From Antedon mediterranea (lineage: Eukaryota > Animalia > Echinodermata): 64,000 nt of DNA. The position numbers were made by a program, and so were the translations under genes. The stretch is taken from NCBI RefSeq assembly GCF_964355755.1, contig NC_092673.1:19527648-19591647 (forward strand), written 5' to 3'. The notes beneath the pieces are model-generated. The model was not told the origin of the DNA, made no database searches, and saw only the letters and a program-made list of their open reading frames with translations. Below are positions 11,605 through 25,968 of this stretch, piece after piece. Position 1 is the first letter of the stretch. The number at the start of each line of letters is the position of its first letter.

Positions 11605-12090
11605 ATCCAATGGTGGAAATCTGGAAGTGCCTAAATGCAAAACCGACAGATATAAACGGTCTGCTGTACCGTATATTGTTGATCTACTTAACTCTCAATA
11701 ATTTTTTTTTTCTTTTTATATAGGAATTTTATAAGTAAATAAATAAATTCATTTAAATTAATACTATTGTATATATTGCTTAAAATAAATTAAAACCATG
11801 ATAAATATATTTAAAATACTAGTGAACCTAAATTATACTTTGTACTGATAAAATGAATGAAAAATGATCTATTTTTTTTATGACATTGCAATATTGTTGA
11901 TAATTATATTTAAAATACTAGTGAATCTAAGTAATGATACTTTGTACTGATAAAATGAATGAAGAAATTATCTATTTTTTTATGACATTGCATTTTTGCT
12001 CTATTGGATAAATTTTAATTATTAATGTACAGTATATTTATTTTTTTATGCATATACCGGAATAAATAAATAAATAAATTAATTAATAAT
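11605..12090 (+). mobile_element. CR1/L2-type LINE extreme 3' fragment inserted in a short degenerate tandem repeat (11480-11600 and 12088-12190)
   Basis: Encodes GGNLEVPKCKTDRYKRSAVPYIVDLLNSQ*; (AATA)n tail at ~12061-12078. Confidence 0.65.
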
Positions 12091-12509
12091 CCCATCAATT
12101 TGATACCACAACAACCTATGAGTCACGTACACAGCCAATCCCATCACTCACTACACAGCCGATCCCATCACTCACTGCACAGCCGACCACTATTCTTTCC
12201 AAACATGGTCAATTCTCCTCCACCGTATTAGTTTGTGTGTGATATCTTTATTTTACAGTTGTAATTCTACATCCTATTTCTTATAGAATTACTTTACATT
12301 TACCTACTCAACATGCAAGGTGTCCTTTAAATTGAGTAAATGGCTCAGCCCAGAGATATACAAAGAGTTACAACATTGAATGATTAGAAGCCATTTTTGT
12401 GTCAAAGAATTTGCACGCTCCATGCACACTTGTTTATTTTGTATATCGTTTTCCTGTAGTTCATGCATTATTTTTAGATCTATGAAATAATGCTTAGATT
12501 CTGTTTATA

Positions 12510-14074
12510 TCTATATATAAATTTACGTAAGGGCAAAATTCGGTAAATCTCGGTTTATTTCTAGAATTTTTACTCGATGGTATATAAAGTTGGTTCATAC
12601 TTTCGGTACTGATTTTAACCATCTTATGTAACCCTGTTTACTAATTAAATTGAGTTAGGTAATTAGTTATTGACGATTAAAACGAATTTAGGTTCAACGA
12701 TTTGCCCCAAATAGGGGTGTTTTCCGATCGTAGTATACACTGTCTAATGGATGTCCATCTTGAAAAATACCCGCCACAAAAATACGAGGAGGCTTCGTAT
12801 TTTCCTATCTCCTCCTACGATAATTGTTTTTAATAGCTGAAAACTGGTTGAACAGCTAGAGTACAGCATCATAATGTTGAAGGCAGGCCGATTTTCTTTA
12901 AAAAATACTATTTTGATAGATTTAATATACGATTATACAAATGTATTGATTTGCGATGAATGGAACATTCCAATCTCTGTTTCACAAGTGTCTATTCCCT
13001 CAGGCGTCGTAAAGGCAAGTACAGTACTGTATACTCGAAATTCGATCCATTTTTGTTTTCAATCTGTGCTGCAGAGGTTGGATATAATTTTTTTTTAAAC
13101 GGATGATGAGCTAGCGTTTTCACTCGCCGTATATTATGTACAAATCTTTATTATTGCAGTTAAACTACCCACATCATCACCTTTCCCTCACTGGCATGAG
13201 TAGCGTTGTAAAACCAGTAGAGAATAGGCCTACGGTACATCACATGCCCTAAACGCAGAACAACTTTGGTGGGTAGGGTAGGAACCAACTTAAGTATGAA
13301 TTGGCTCTAAGAAACAATTGAAAACCATTAGGCCTACTAATTAAGTTGAGTTAGATAATTTAATATTTATTGACGATTAAATCGAATTTATGATTTTCCC
13401 CGAATAGAGGTGGTTTTCACAAATTGTTTTACATTATATTATAAACATATACACGTCGTAGTGATGTATCGTTACATGTGCTGTACTATTTCAATCGACT
13501 AGGACGGTGATAGTTTCAACAAAGTATTACATCGCAATGTTTTACTGTGTTTAGTGGTATATTATTTGTAAAACATGAAAGCAATTAATATTTCGTTACT
13601 AAATGGATAAAGAATATATTTTAACATTGTTCCTCTTTGCACCCATCCTCTTCCCCATCCCTCAACCCTAATGTTACATACAAAACACAAATTAAGTTTG
13701 TTTAAATTTGACTTAAACAATTGGTCTTATTTTGTGATAAGTTTCTCTTTCGGAAGTAATAGGGTGCTAATTTTAGTTGAGTACATAAATCACAGTGTCT
13801 ATTTATTCGTTCCTGTAAACGACATGTATTATTGTCCTGCGGTACGTACATTTGAAATCGCCAGTTTTTTAACGGGCCACAATGGAAATAAGTTTGACCT
13901 TTGGTTACTTTTTTGTGTTACCCTGAATTCATTCTTTGTATTTTTTTTTTTATGTTGTGTTATTTTATGAATTCGAATAAAGAAATGAAAAAAACGCTGA
14001 AATTATTATGTATTCGAGAACCATCTGTGGGCACGACCTAGATGGTACGCGAGCGAAGCGAGCGTACCATCTAG
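12510..14074 (+). mobile_element. Non-autonomous Helitron, complete
   Basis: A|TCTATATATAAATTTACG 5' end; 3' hairpin CTAGATGGTACGC..GCGTACCATCTAG ending CTAG|T; no TSD; second copy at 60518-61490. Confidence 0.88.
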
Positions 14075-14246
14075 TTTTAGTAATTTATTTTATTTGGTCT
14101 TGATTCGGTAGCCTATATGTATTTTTTTAATGAACAAAAAAATAAATGCTATGCAAGTTGTGATAAATCAAGTCATATAACACACATATTCATCCCTCTT
14201 TATGGCTCTCTGTTTTTAACACGAACTGCTCCACCAACTTTATTAA

Positions 14247-14753
14247 AGATGTATTGTCCCTTGAAACAAAAAAAATGAAGGTCAAAATATTCTAAATTTA
14301 AATTGGCCATATCAAAGTAATATTAAAGTTATACACTTTAAGTCGAAAACTTTAGCCAAAAACAACAATTTTGCGTAATTAACAGGTAAATTAATTTGAT
14401 TACATTTCGTCTGGAAAATCGTCACGAGCGAAAGATAAACAAAGATTTCAAACCATTATGCATGATGCTAATTAGGATTGTTTACAACTCGTCACGGTTC
14501 GCAGATCGCGAGGAAGTTTTATGATTTATGCATACAGAGAGAGTAGCCAAACATGCGCGTTGCATTATAAGATGTGTTTTGAAGTTATTTTTTGAACAAA
14601 AAAACGTCTGTATTTCAGTTAAATGATTGAATTTTTTCCGACTAATTTTTGGTGAAAGTTTAATAACTATTATGATACTTCAAAATGAACCACTTTTTTT
14701 GGAAATCTTTTTTAAAATATTTTTTTGGAATTTGTCAAAGGGAGAATACATCT
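14247..14753. mobile_element. Kolobok-like MITE
   Basis: TTAA|AGATGTATTGTCCCTTG ... AAGGGAGAATACATCT|TTAA. Confidence 0.85.
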
Positions 14754-14995
14754 TTAAATTTCCAAGACTCGTTCATCATTTCATTTGTAATAATTTGCCT
14801 TTATAATTTTAATATTGTTTATACCCTTTTCAGTATATTAACCAATATATCCACGACACTTTATTATTTTAATTAGTCATCAAAGCATGCATTATGAATT
14901 AAAAAATATTACATAGTTATGTGATGTTTTGTTCCAAAATCAATAAATCTTATAATGTACTAGCCCAATTATTTATTCTTTGCCGCAAGTACTTC

Positions 14996-17251
14996 CAGTG
15001 TTCTCCCCAGGATTCACATCAAGCGTCGCGCTTCCGCCCCCCCCCCCCCCGATTTTTGGTAATTGACACCCTAGATGGCCGGAAATTCATGCTGAATGAC
15101 ACCTCTAGTTTGGTCGGAAACGACACTTATAGTGCACTACCTAATTTTACGCGATAAGAAAACAATTTTTTGTTCATTACGAATGTCAGGGGGAAGTCCC
15201 CAATTTTAAAAAAGGCCTACTCATCAGTGGGACAACTCTAATTGGCCGGAAATGACACTTCATAGCGCGCTAGCAAACAGCAAAACGATCGTAGCCTACT
15301 TTTTCCGCGGGTAAACATACGCGATAAGAAACATTTTTTGCGTTCATTACAAACGTCAGGGGGAAGTCCCCAATGACAAAAAATAGGCCTACTCGTCAGT
15401 AGGACAACTCTATTTGGCCAGAAATGACACTTAGCGCACTAGCAAACTGCAGAATGATCGTACTGTAGCCTACTTTTTCCGCCGGTAAACATACCCGATA
15501 AGGGGGATTAGTTCCTGATGAAATACAGCCCGACTAGTCAGTAGGACACCTTTAGTTGGCCGGAAAGGACACTTCATTTTTTTGTCTTTTATGGGCTCTT
15601 CCCACTTTTATTTCAGTTTGCAGTACAAATTAAAAACAAAGGTCATGTTCTCCATTTTTCTTGTCACATGCAAGTGACGCGTACATATTTGTGATTATTG
15701 TTAAAACGTGTTTTATTTTAATGACATAGTATATTTAAAAGTTACAATTATTAAAAACATTTACTTATGACCATACAATATATATTACAAACATGCTGAA
15801 TATTGCGGATTTCATATAAATTATTAAAATTGTCTAGAAACATAATCAAGGGTTACATTTAAAATCACTTGAAATAAAAAAGGGCTACACATTTACTGTA
15901 TATTAAAACTTATACAGCATATGTCACACAAATATAAAATACAATTGTAAATCGTAGGGAGAGAGATCTCCAGCACATATATATTTTAATTATTCAATAA
16001 GTCAAATATCTTGTCTTTACTATTTTTCCATTTCTGATCAGCAGTATAAAAGTCATACGAATACTCATTATTTATGAGGTTTATAATTTCATTTTTAAAT
16101 AGACACCAAATATTTGCAGATTCTTTTTTTTTCTGTCGTTTCTAGTTCTTTATATATTATGGAGGATTTATATATATACAAAATGTAAAAACTGAAATTA
16201 ATTCGTTTACAAGTTTGTTTGTTGTTCCCAAAATTACATTAACCCACTTTGGGAAGTCTTGCTGTACTGTAACCTCATTTGAAAGACACTGAACCAGCAT
16301 ATCTTTAAACTTTTTCCAGACTGGTTGAATAGTTTTACATGCAATTAATAAGTGTTCTTCATTTTCTATATGATTTTTACACTTATTACATTTGTCTGTT
16401 GTGGATAATTTCCATATTTTTAGTATTTTTTTACATATAATGATTCGATGTAACAACTTAAAATTAAATTGAGCTACTTTTACGATGTGTTTCATTCTAC
16501 ATACTTTTCTATTCCATATTTCATTCCTGTCAATAATTTCATCTCTAAATTCTATTTCCCATTTCATTTGAGGAAATTCGACACTTCATAGCGCGCTAGC
16601 AAACAGCAGAACAATCGTAGCCTTTTTGATTGGAATGCAAATGTATGATCGATGCAGCTAGCAAATGAATTGCGCCTAGCAATTTAATTATTTTTGTTGG
16701 TGTGTGCATACGTAACCGACGAAAGAGTAATTAAATTTTACCAATCCATAGAGAGTCAATTAATTCAGTGTGGTATTGAAAATATCATTAATATATTTAT
16801 TTGTTAATGCACATAACATTTTTACAAGAAAATATAAATACAATCATTATTTTAACTTTATTTACAATATACAAGTTACTGCATTTTAAACGATTCAGGC
16901 AACAGCCAATACTAGAGATCAAAAGAGAAACATGGCAGCAACAAAACATGAGTTTACATCTCTCGGTGGTGGCCGATGAAAGTGCGTCTCAGTCGCAGTA
17001 ACACTTTGTTACGCAGTCTTTTGTTTTTCGTAGTGGTCATGTCACGTGTCTCGTATGCATTAGGCACTTTATGCATGCCTCAGCTCTAGAAAGTACCTGC
17101 CTGTTATTAATCTATTTTTAGAAAGGTTGTGGTTGATATTTTGAAGCGTCACGGATAAGGTTTTAAGCGTCACAGCCGACCGTAAAGCGTCACGGCAGAG
17201 AACCCAAGCGTCACGATACGGTGACGCTTCAAGGGCCAGGGGAGAACACTG
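14996..17251. mobile_element. hAT-like non-autonomous DNA element with internal ~175-bp repeats and a nested LINE
   Basis: TIR CAGTGTTCTCCCC / GGGGAGAACACTG; subterminal AAGCGTCAC motifs; 8-bp TSD not preserved. Confidence 0.65.
15578..16579 (-). mobile_element. 5'-truncated L1/Tx1-type LINE insertion
   Basis: ORF 16157-16567 has a zf-RVT motif (FNFKLLHRII...CNKC...ENEEHLLIAC); poly(A) end at 15578; 10-bp TSD GACACTTCAT at 15568-15577 and 16580-16589. Confidence 0.88.
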
Positions 17252-17788
17252 AATTACATTTTTTTAAATATAAGAAACGTTTAAAATATTTTGTTGCTCC
17301 TAATCTATACTTTACATGGGTTAATGGAGATAATTTTGACACAATTTGATCTGTATATCACATGACTTTTAAGTTTAACCCAATGTCGTAACTCTTTGTA
17401 TGGCACTGGCTCTGCCCATAATTTGTTCGTTTACATTGGTTAATAGGAATTATGATATCTTCCTAACACTATCTTTGTTTATATGAAGACAGTGACAATT
17501 ATAAACACCCTATAGTCAAGTAGCGTCTGTTGATGTAGAGCTGTTCAGTCGGACTGATTTACCAGTGGATGGAGGATTGTTTCCAGGGTAGGGTACCAAC
17601 AATTCTGTTGTTCAGATTCAGTTGTAGTGTGAGTTTTTATATTATTTATTTAATATTTAATTTGACTTACAGAATTGTGCTTTGTTTTATGACAATTACA
17701 GGAATAGCAATACTTTGTTTGGAAATGTTGGTTTATGGCAACCCAGTTGCATCCATTGAAGTGTTTCTCAACTATTTTATTTTTATAG

Positions 17789-18075
17789 CAAAAATTGCAA
17801 TACAATAAAATTACAGATTTTAATTCGAAATTCAGAGGCTTAAAAGGTAATCTTGGTGAACACTACAAGGGTGATCACTATCTTTTGCTCAAATTCTGCC
17901 TATGTTATCACTTACCTTTTAGGCTTTTCATTTAATAGCACATAAATTGTTCAATAAACTTGTGTTAAAATGTTAATATCAAACGTACTAATGTCTGTTG
18001 TTGGAGAGTACAAAGGTCACAGAAGTTAGGCTGCTGAATATCTTGTAGTACTAAGTATATATTGAACGAAACATG
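17789..18075 (+). pseudogene. Degenerate, frameshifted exon resembling a death effector domain (death fold)
   Basis: After acceptor TTTTATAG, successive frames give FRGLKGNLGEHYKGDHYLLLKFCLCYHLP / AHKLFNKLV / IKRTNV / LLLESTKVTEV / AAEYLV / KYI, resembling the DED pattern LF..L....I...N..LL.E; ~4-5 frameshifts or stops needed. Confidence 0.45.
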
Positions 18076-18734
18076 TCTGACATGAAAATAAAAAAAGGTG
18101 TATTAGCCTGATAGTACAGTGATACGCCCGTATTCTTAAACCGGACTTTAGTCGTAGTTTGAACTTTGACTTCAAAAAGTGTTAGTTCGAGCTACAGGCT
18201 CCAGACCCCTTGATTTCTATGCTACAATTTACCCGATAAATATAGGCATATTTTGAACTTTAAAGGTCACTTCTTTTTAAAATTGAAAAAATGGATTGAC
18301 ACAGTTATTGTGCATCGGTTTTTTGCACGCAGTATTTTATTTATGCATTATGAAAAATGGAAAAAGTGGCTACCCTAAATCTGATTAAAATTGCCTCAAA
18401 TGACGCTAGAACGCGTTGCTTCCAGGGGCTTCGCCATCTGGACCCCCACCGGGGGCCCTTGGCGGCCCCTCCCTGACACCCAGCCTAGAGAGAGATTAAC
18501 CAAATTATTGACCAAATAACTGATACGTTTTTCTGATACTCACAATTGCCTAGAGGGATGTTTTTGCTGTTTTTTTAGGGTGTAAAGTATAGCGGCCAAA
18601 CTGAATGGCAGCCAGTTGTGTATTAATTAAAGAAAAGTCATAATTGGCGTTTGGGAAAATGAATCTACAAAACAATGTTTCCAGTTGTTGATCTGTCAAT
18701 CAATTATTATGAACAAAATAATAATCTTCATGTA

Positions 18735-19672
18735 GTACCACCAGCATACAGGGTCATCTTCATTCAGTAACACCAGCATACAGGTCATCTTCATTCAGTA
18801 ACACCAGCATACAAGTCATCTTCATTCAGTAACACCAGCATACAAGTCATCTTCATTTAGTAACACCAGCATACAGGTCATCTTCATTTAGTAACGCCAG
18901 CATACAGGTCATCTTCATCTAGTAACACCAGCATACAGGTCATCTTCATTCAGTAACGCCAGCATACAGGTCATCTTCATACAGTAACACCAGCATACAG
19001 GTCATCTTCATTCAGTATCACCATCATACAGGTCATCTTCATTCAGTAACACCAGCACAGGTCATCTTCATTCAGTAACACCAGCATACAGGAGTCATCT
19101 TCATGCAGTAACACCAGCATACAGGAGTCATCTGCATGCAGTAACACCAGCCATTCAGTAACACCAGCATTTATATAAGTCATCTTCATTCAGTAATATG
19201 CAGGCATACAGGTCATCTTCATTCAGTATCACCATACAGGTCATCTTCATGCAGACGTAACACCAGCATACAAGTCATCTTTCATTCAGTAACACCAGCA
19301 TACAGGTCATCTTCATTCAGTAACACCAGCATACAGGAGTCATCTTCATGCAGTAACACCAGCATACAGGAGTCATCTTCATTCAGTAACACCAGCATAC
19401 AGGAGTCATCTTCATTCAGTAACACCAGCATACAGGAGTCATCTTCATGCAGTAACACCAGCATACAGGTCATCTTTCATTCAGTAACACCAGCATACAG
19501 GTCATCTTCATTCAGTAACACCAGCATACAGGTCATCTTCATTCAGTAACACCAGCATACAGGAGTCATCTTCATGCAGTAACACCAGCATACAGGTTAT
19601 CTTCATTCAGTAACACCAGCATACAGGAGTCATCTTCATGCAGTAACACCAGCATACAGGTCATCTTTCATT
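18735..19672. repeat. 31/33-bp minisatellite, ~30 copies
   Basis: Unit CAGCATACAGG(AG)TCATCTTCATTCAGTAACAC. Confidence 0.95.
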
Positions 19673-20202
19673 CATTTAATGCAAAGGTTTCTGTCTGATG
19701 GAATTATGTTTTACATTTCATACTTTCAGAAGAGAATGTGTAGGCTTACTTTTACACTAGAAGCTATCGGCATTAATAATTGTTAAATGAAGACACTGTA
19801 TTTTTGCAATGGAAAGGTACGTTTTTAACAATTATTTCAAACAAAAATAACCAGCTCCAATATGTGTTGATATTATTGAAATATGCAACTATTAAAAACA
19901 AATTAAAATGTTTGAATAGTTATATTGACATACATATACATAACATACTTTATGATCAGAATTTATAGTTCAAACAAAAAGAAAACACTTTGATTTTAAG
20001 ATATTCTTTTGAGAAAAATACTTCAAACTTTCTTAAAAGATTATAAAATCCAAAATTCTTTCTTTCTTTAAAAATTATGAAATCATAAATATTACAATTA
20101 AAGGGCTTATTCTCATTAAATATAATAATAATAATATTTCCATCAATCATCATTCTCAATAAATACACGGGTATAAATGGATTATTTCTTACATTTTGAC
20201 AG

Positions 20203-20296
20203 GAAACATTTGGTAGAAGCTTTGTCAAGGAATGATTTGAAAACAATTAAACAAATCTGTAAGACGCAACCAGATCTTCTGAAATCTATAAATGAG
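20203..20296 (+). CDS. Roco gene exon: ankyrin N-capping repeat
   Basis: KHLVEALSRNDLKTIKQICKTQPDLLKSINE; TTTTGACAG acceptor, GAG|GTAT phase-0 donor matching the downstream ANK exons. Confidence 0.75.
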
Positions 20297-20437
20297 GTAT
20301 AAAAACAGATATATTTTTATAATATTATCAAAGAAGAAATTCTTTTCATTAAAGTTTAAAATTATAGAGATTGTAATTTTCTTTATTAGTTATTATAACA
20401 TTTTTTTATACAATGAATTACAATTATTTTGCAATAT

Positions 20438-22890
20438 CACACTAATGATGTTGGTATAACCTGCATGCACTGATTAACAACATTAGGCTAAAAATAAAAA
20501 TATAAATACATACTGATGATGGGGGTATAACCTGCATGTACTGATTAACAACATTAGGCTAAAAATAATAATATAAATACACACTGATGATGGAGGTATA
20601 ACCTGCATGCACTGATTAACCACATTAGGCTAAAAATAATAATATAAATACACACTGATGATGGAGGTATAACCTGCATGCACTGATCAACAACATTAGG
20701 CTAAAAATAATAATATAAATACACACTGATGATGGGGGTATAACCTGCATGTACTGATTAACAACATTAGGCTAAAACTAATAATATAAATACACACTGA
20801 TGATGGGGGTATAACCTGCATGTACTGATTAACCACATAGGCTAAAAATAATAATATAAATACACACTGATGATGGGGGTATAACCTGCATGTACTGATT
20901 AACCACATTAGGCTAAAAATAATAATATAAATACACACTGATGATGGAGGTATAACCTGCATGTACTGATTAACCACATTAGGCTAAAAATAATCATATA
21001 AATACACACTGATGATGGAGGTATAACCTGCATGTACTGATTAACCACATTAGGCTAAAAATAATAATATAAATACACACTGATGATGGAGGTATAACAT
21101 GCATGTACTGATTAACAACATTAGGCTAAAAATAATAATATAAATACACACTGATGATGGAGCTATAACCTGCATGTACTGATCAACAACATTAGGCTAA
21201 AAATAGTAATATAAATACACACTGATGATGGGGGTATAACCTGCATGTACTGATCAACAACATTAGGCTAAAAATAATAGTATAAATACACACTGATGAT
21301 GGGGGTATAACCTGCATGTACTGATTAACAACATTAGGCTAAAAATAATATAAATACACACTGATGATGGAGGTATAACCTGCATGTACTGATTAACAAC
21401 ATTAGGCTAAAAATAATAATATAAATACACACTGATGATGGGGGTATAACCTGCATGCACTGATTAACCACATTAGGCTAAAAATAATAATATAAATACA
21501 CACTGATGATGGAGGTATAACCTGTATGCACTGATTAACCACATTAGGCTAAAAATAATAATAAAAATACACACTGATGATGGGGGTATAACCTGCATGC
21601 ACTGATTAACCACATTAGGCTAAAAATAATAATATAAATACACACTGATGATGGGGGTATAACCTGCATGCACTGATTAACCACATTAGGCTAAAAATAA
21701 TAATATAAACACACTGATGATGGCGGTATAACCTGCATGCACTGATTAACCACATTAGGCTAAAAATAATAATATAAATACACACTGATGATGGAGGTAT
21801 AACCTGCATGCACTGATTAACCACATTAGGCTAAAAATAATAATATAAATACACACTGATGATGGGGGTATAACCTGCATGTACTGATTAACCACATTAG
21901 GCTAAAAATAATAATATAAATACACACTGATGATGGGGGTATAACCTGCATGTACTGATTAACCACATTAGGCTAAAAATAATAATATAAATACACACTG
22001 TTGATGGAGGTATAACCTGCATGTACTGATTAACCACATTAGGCTAAAAATAATAATATAAATACACACTGATGATGGGGGTATAACCTGCATGTACTGA
22101 TTAACCACATTAGGCTAAAAATAATAATATAAATACACACTGATGATGGGGGTATAACCTGGATGCACTGATTAACCACATTAGGCTAAAAATAATAATA
22201 TAAATACACACTGATGATGGAGGTATAACCTGCATGCACTGATTAACCACATTAGGCTAAAAATAATAATATAAATACACACTGATGATGGAGGTATAAC
22301 CTGCATGTACTGATTAACAGCATTAGGCTAAAAATAATAATATAAATACACACTGATGATGGGGGTATAACCTGCATGCAGTGATTAACCACATTAGGCT
22401 AAAAATAATAATATAAATACACACTGATGATGGAGGTATAACCTGCATGCACTGATTAACAACATTAGGCTAAAAATAATAATATAAATACACACTGATG
22501 ATGGGGGTATAACCTGCATGCACTGATTAACAACATTAGGCTAAAAATAATAATATAAATACACACTGATGATGGAGGTATAACCTGCATGCACTGATTA
22601 ACAACATTAGGCTAAAAATAATAATATAAATACACACTGATGATGGGGGTATAACCTGCATGTACTGATTAACAACATTAGGCTAAAAATAATAATATAA
22701 ATACACACTGATGATGGAGGTATAACCTGAACCACATTAGGCTAAAAATAATAATATAAATACACACTGATGATGGAGGTATAACCTGCATGTACTGATT
22801 AACAACATTAGGCTAAAAATAATAATATAAATACACACTGATGATGGAGGTATAACCTGCATGCACTGATTAACAACATTAGGCTAAAAA
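20438..22890. repeat. 71-bp minisatellite, ~34 copies (intronic)
   Basis: Unit ACACTGATGATGGAGGTATAACCTGCATGTACTGATTAACCACATTAGGCTAAAAATAATAATATAAATAC. Confidence 0.95.
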
Positions 22891-23438
22891 CTAAAAACAT
22901 GAATAGAATATGATTTTCATCGAGGCAAATGGTTTAAATTAAATTTTTTATCGTTAATATCTAACTTAACTTAATTATGATATTGGTTTCATTGTGTGTT
23001 AAAAATCAGTACTGAAAGTATTTACAAACTTTTCTAGATGCCGTAGAACTCCTTTTTAGAGTGTGCAATGTTATTCTTGATGGTTGATAGGGTACTCTTC
23101 TTACTCTCCTTACTGGTGAAAATAGTTATCTATGGGAGGGTTCAGGATTTTATGATAGCGGCTGTGATAGAGAAAACCCACCACCTTTAGTTCCAACCTT
23201 TTTGGGACTTTTAGATAAAATAAGAAACTTTTAGTTGCTTTGACCGTAGGATATGTGAATCTACCTATAATACCACAGTCCTTTTTATGGTATCCTCTTA
23301 CAACCTTCTGATCCCCTCTTTAAAGAATAACATTTTTTACCATCATTAATCTGACTTAAAATACGTACGTACGAACTAACCGTTATATTAAATCATTTAT
23401 CGTTAAGTAAATATTAGTGTTAGCAGATAGATGTTTCA

Positions 23439-23533
23439 TTAGGTTATATGCATTATCATGCATATAACCTATTGATTCTGTTAGAATCTTTATTTATTAA
23501 TTTATTCCTAAGCACTATTGTGTCCATCAATTA
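23439..23533 (+). mobile_element. 5' end fragment of a Helentron/HINE-like element (same family as 55512-59884)
   Basis: AGGTTATATGCAT-TATC-ATGCATATAACCT hairpin followed by ATTGATTCTGTTAGAATC and a T-rich tract. Confidence 0.65.
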
Positions 23534-24383
23534 AAGAGATCCTTTTCCAGCATTTTTTTTTGCAAACATTTTGCCACAAATGGAAGAGAAATGTAAATAA
23601 TGTTTAGTTTATAGTGGTTTCCAAAATCTAAAAATGTTCGAGCAATGCAATTGGAAAAAGAAATTTAACATGAAATTATTCTTTTCAAACAGTGCCGTAT
23701 CTTATGACTTTTTGGAAAAAATGATTCTATAAAGTTGCCATTTAAAATGTGATATACTAGCAAGTGCCCACAGATGGTTCTCGAATACATAAACTTTGGT
23801 AAATAACTGAAAATTGTCTAAGTCGCACTGTACACAAAGCAAATAAATACAGATATGATGTAATTTATTTAGTCAAATATAATTGTCATCCTGAGAATTA
23901 CCTTAATTTTGTTTATTACATGGTATTGTTCACCAAATTCCTGTCTTGGTACATTTGATGATGGGATGGTATCAGGCTTCATGATATGATGTGATTTTCA
24001 TTGAGGCAAATGGTTTAAACTAAATTTGTTTTAATCGTTAATATCTAATATCTTAATAGCTTAATTATGATAGTCGTTTCATTGGGTGTTAAAAAGTATG
24101 TACCAAAAGTATGTACCAATTTTTCTACCATTGAGTAAAAATTCTAGAAGGTGCACTTTATTTACTGAAATTTCCTATTACCTAAATTTATATAAATTCA
24201 TTATACTTCTTATTGGCCTCATATTTTTAATGCTGAACATTTGTTTGTACAATTTTGTGAAATATGTATTTTATTAATGTTCAAATTTTGTGATTGATAT
24301 TGTACAGTAAGTAGATTTAATGACTAATAACTTACATTAAGTAAATAGGCTAACAATCACTAGATCTGATCCATGGTAAGATA

Positions 24384-24433
24384 TAGTGACGTGTCTCATA
24401 CAACATGGGACACCAGCAGCATTGCAAAATAAG
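24384..24433 (+). pseudogene. 5'-deleted ankyrin pseudo-exon
   Basis: IVTCLIQHGTPAALQNK|GTAATG retained; acceptor and first half deleted. Confidence 0.85.
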
Positions 24434-25342
24434 GTAATGTACAGGGATTTGCTAGTGTAATAGGCTAACATTGTATAGATGCTGTAGTAAACCATTCAAT
24501 GAGAGAAAAAAATAAACATACTAACAAAAATCAAACTAAACAAACGAAATAAAAATAATAACTAAATAGTTTATATGATTTATGATAACTGATTTAAAGT
24601 ATACAGTTACCTATCAAATAACATATATCTTTAATTTTCTTAATAAACAAAAAAATCGACTTGTAATTTTTCACGCTGCTGCTCTAGCCCGCTACGTCAC
24701 AAGAGATAAATCATTCAGATATAAAGCAAGCAGCAGTTATAGTACTTGACACTGACATTTTTGCAAAAAATGATTCTCGACTATAATTTATAGGTACCAC
24801 CTGTTGAATCCAATAAACGTCTGGGAAAAGAGTCTAACGACAAATTCCAAAGCATTTCTGGTATTTATGAGTCCCATGATATTACTATAATTCGCTGTCA
24901 GATAATCATTGAATTATTATCAAAACAGTCCATTGAAGTTTTTGTTTGTAATAGGATACTTGAAGTATATAGGCCTGATGATGTGACCCCCAGACTTGAC
25001 CTTAGCAATAACAATAAACGAGCAGGTTTTTTGTAAGAAATATTCTTGTTTATATTCAGGTGAATCAGTATAATTTTGTTTACATATTTTTGACCGTAAA
25101 ACAAATATAAATTGGTCATATGTAGCTGTAAAGATAACAATGATTGACAATGGTCTAATTAATTGTAAAGATGAAATAAAATGGGACAACTACATTGATT
25201 AATAATAAAATAACAAATAAAAAAGGTTTATGTTTCAAAAAATTAATAGAATCTGATTTTAATAAACATATAAAAAACATATATCCCCCTATCTTGATTT
25301 GCATATATCTAATCACTCCTTGGCTGTAGTTCAGGAAGTTAA

Positions 25343-25968
25343 AGACCCCTTCCCTGCAATTTTGGACGTTTTTTGGAAAATAATACATATATATTACTTT
25401 AAAAACATTAAACCATGTCATTCCTTGTCTTAAATGTACGTTTTATGGTAAATTATGATAAAAAGTGAGAAACAATGCACTACCTAAGTAGCTCGCGGCG
25501 ATCGACCTCTCGTGGACGATCTTAGGCCTAGCCTAGCTAGGCTTAGTTTTGTAGGCCTAGCTGGTAAACATCGGTAACGTACGAACATCGTACGCGAGCT
25601 ATATACCTAGCCTGACGTTGCATAGTTGCTGCATTAATTGTCTTTCTATTTTTGCCAGACTCCGTTGATAAAAATTGGGGAAAACCCGGTATTTTCGCTG
25701 AAAAGTTAGGAGTCTTCCATTTGTTTTGGCCTCACGATCGATCGAAAAGTGGGCGAATTACAGGTGAAAAACAAAAATATCAATCCGCGCGCAATGCATT
25801 TTGGGATTTATAGCGGGCCGCTATAATTATTAGAATTGACTTATTTTTCACATTTTTAACCGTTTAAAGACGAAAAAAGTTATCGCAATAGGACCATATA
25901 GTATTATTTTTACATTAAATATAGTTTGTGATCTTAAATTAGATCTAAAAAACGTAGGGAATGGGGCT
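25343..25968. mobile_element. Kolobok-like MITE nested in the LINE
   Basis: TTAA|AGACCCCTTCCCTGC ... GTAGGGAATGGGGCT|TTAA; removing it restores the LINE reading frame. Confidence 0.82.

Noticed and set aside
19730-19816. Exon-like segment with good acceptor (TTTCAG) and donor (AAG|GTAC) upstream of the N-cap exon
   Set aside because: All three frames contain stops; may be a decayed or non-coding exon but is not callable as CDS
24670-25045. Insertion unique to this intron copy, with short minus-strand ORFs
   Set aside because: Real insertion relative to ~29880-29890, but it has no recognisable termini or protein motifs, so it is left unclassified
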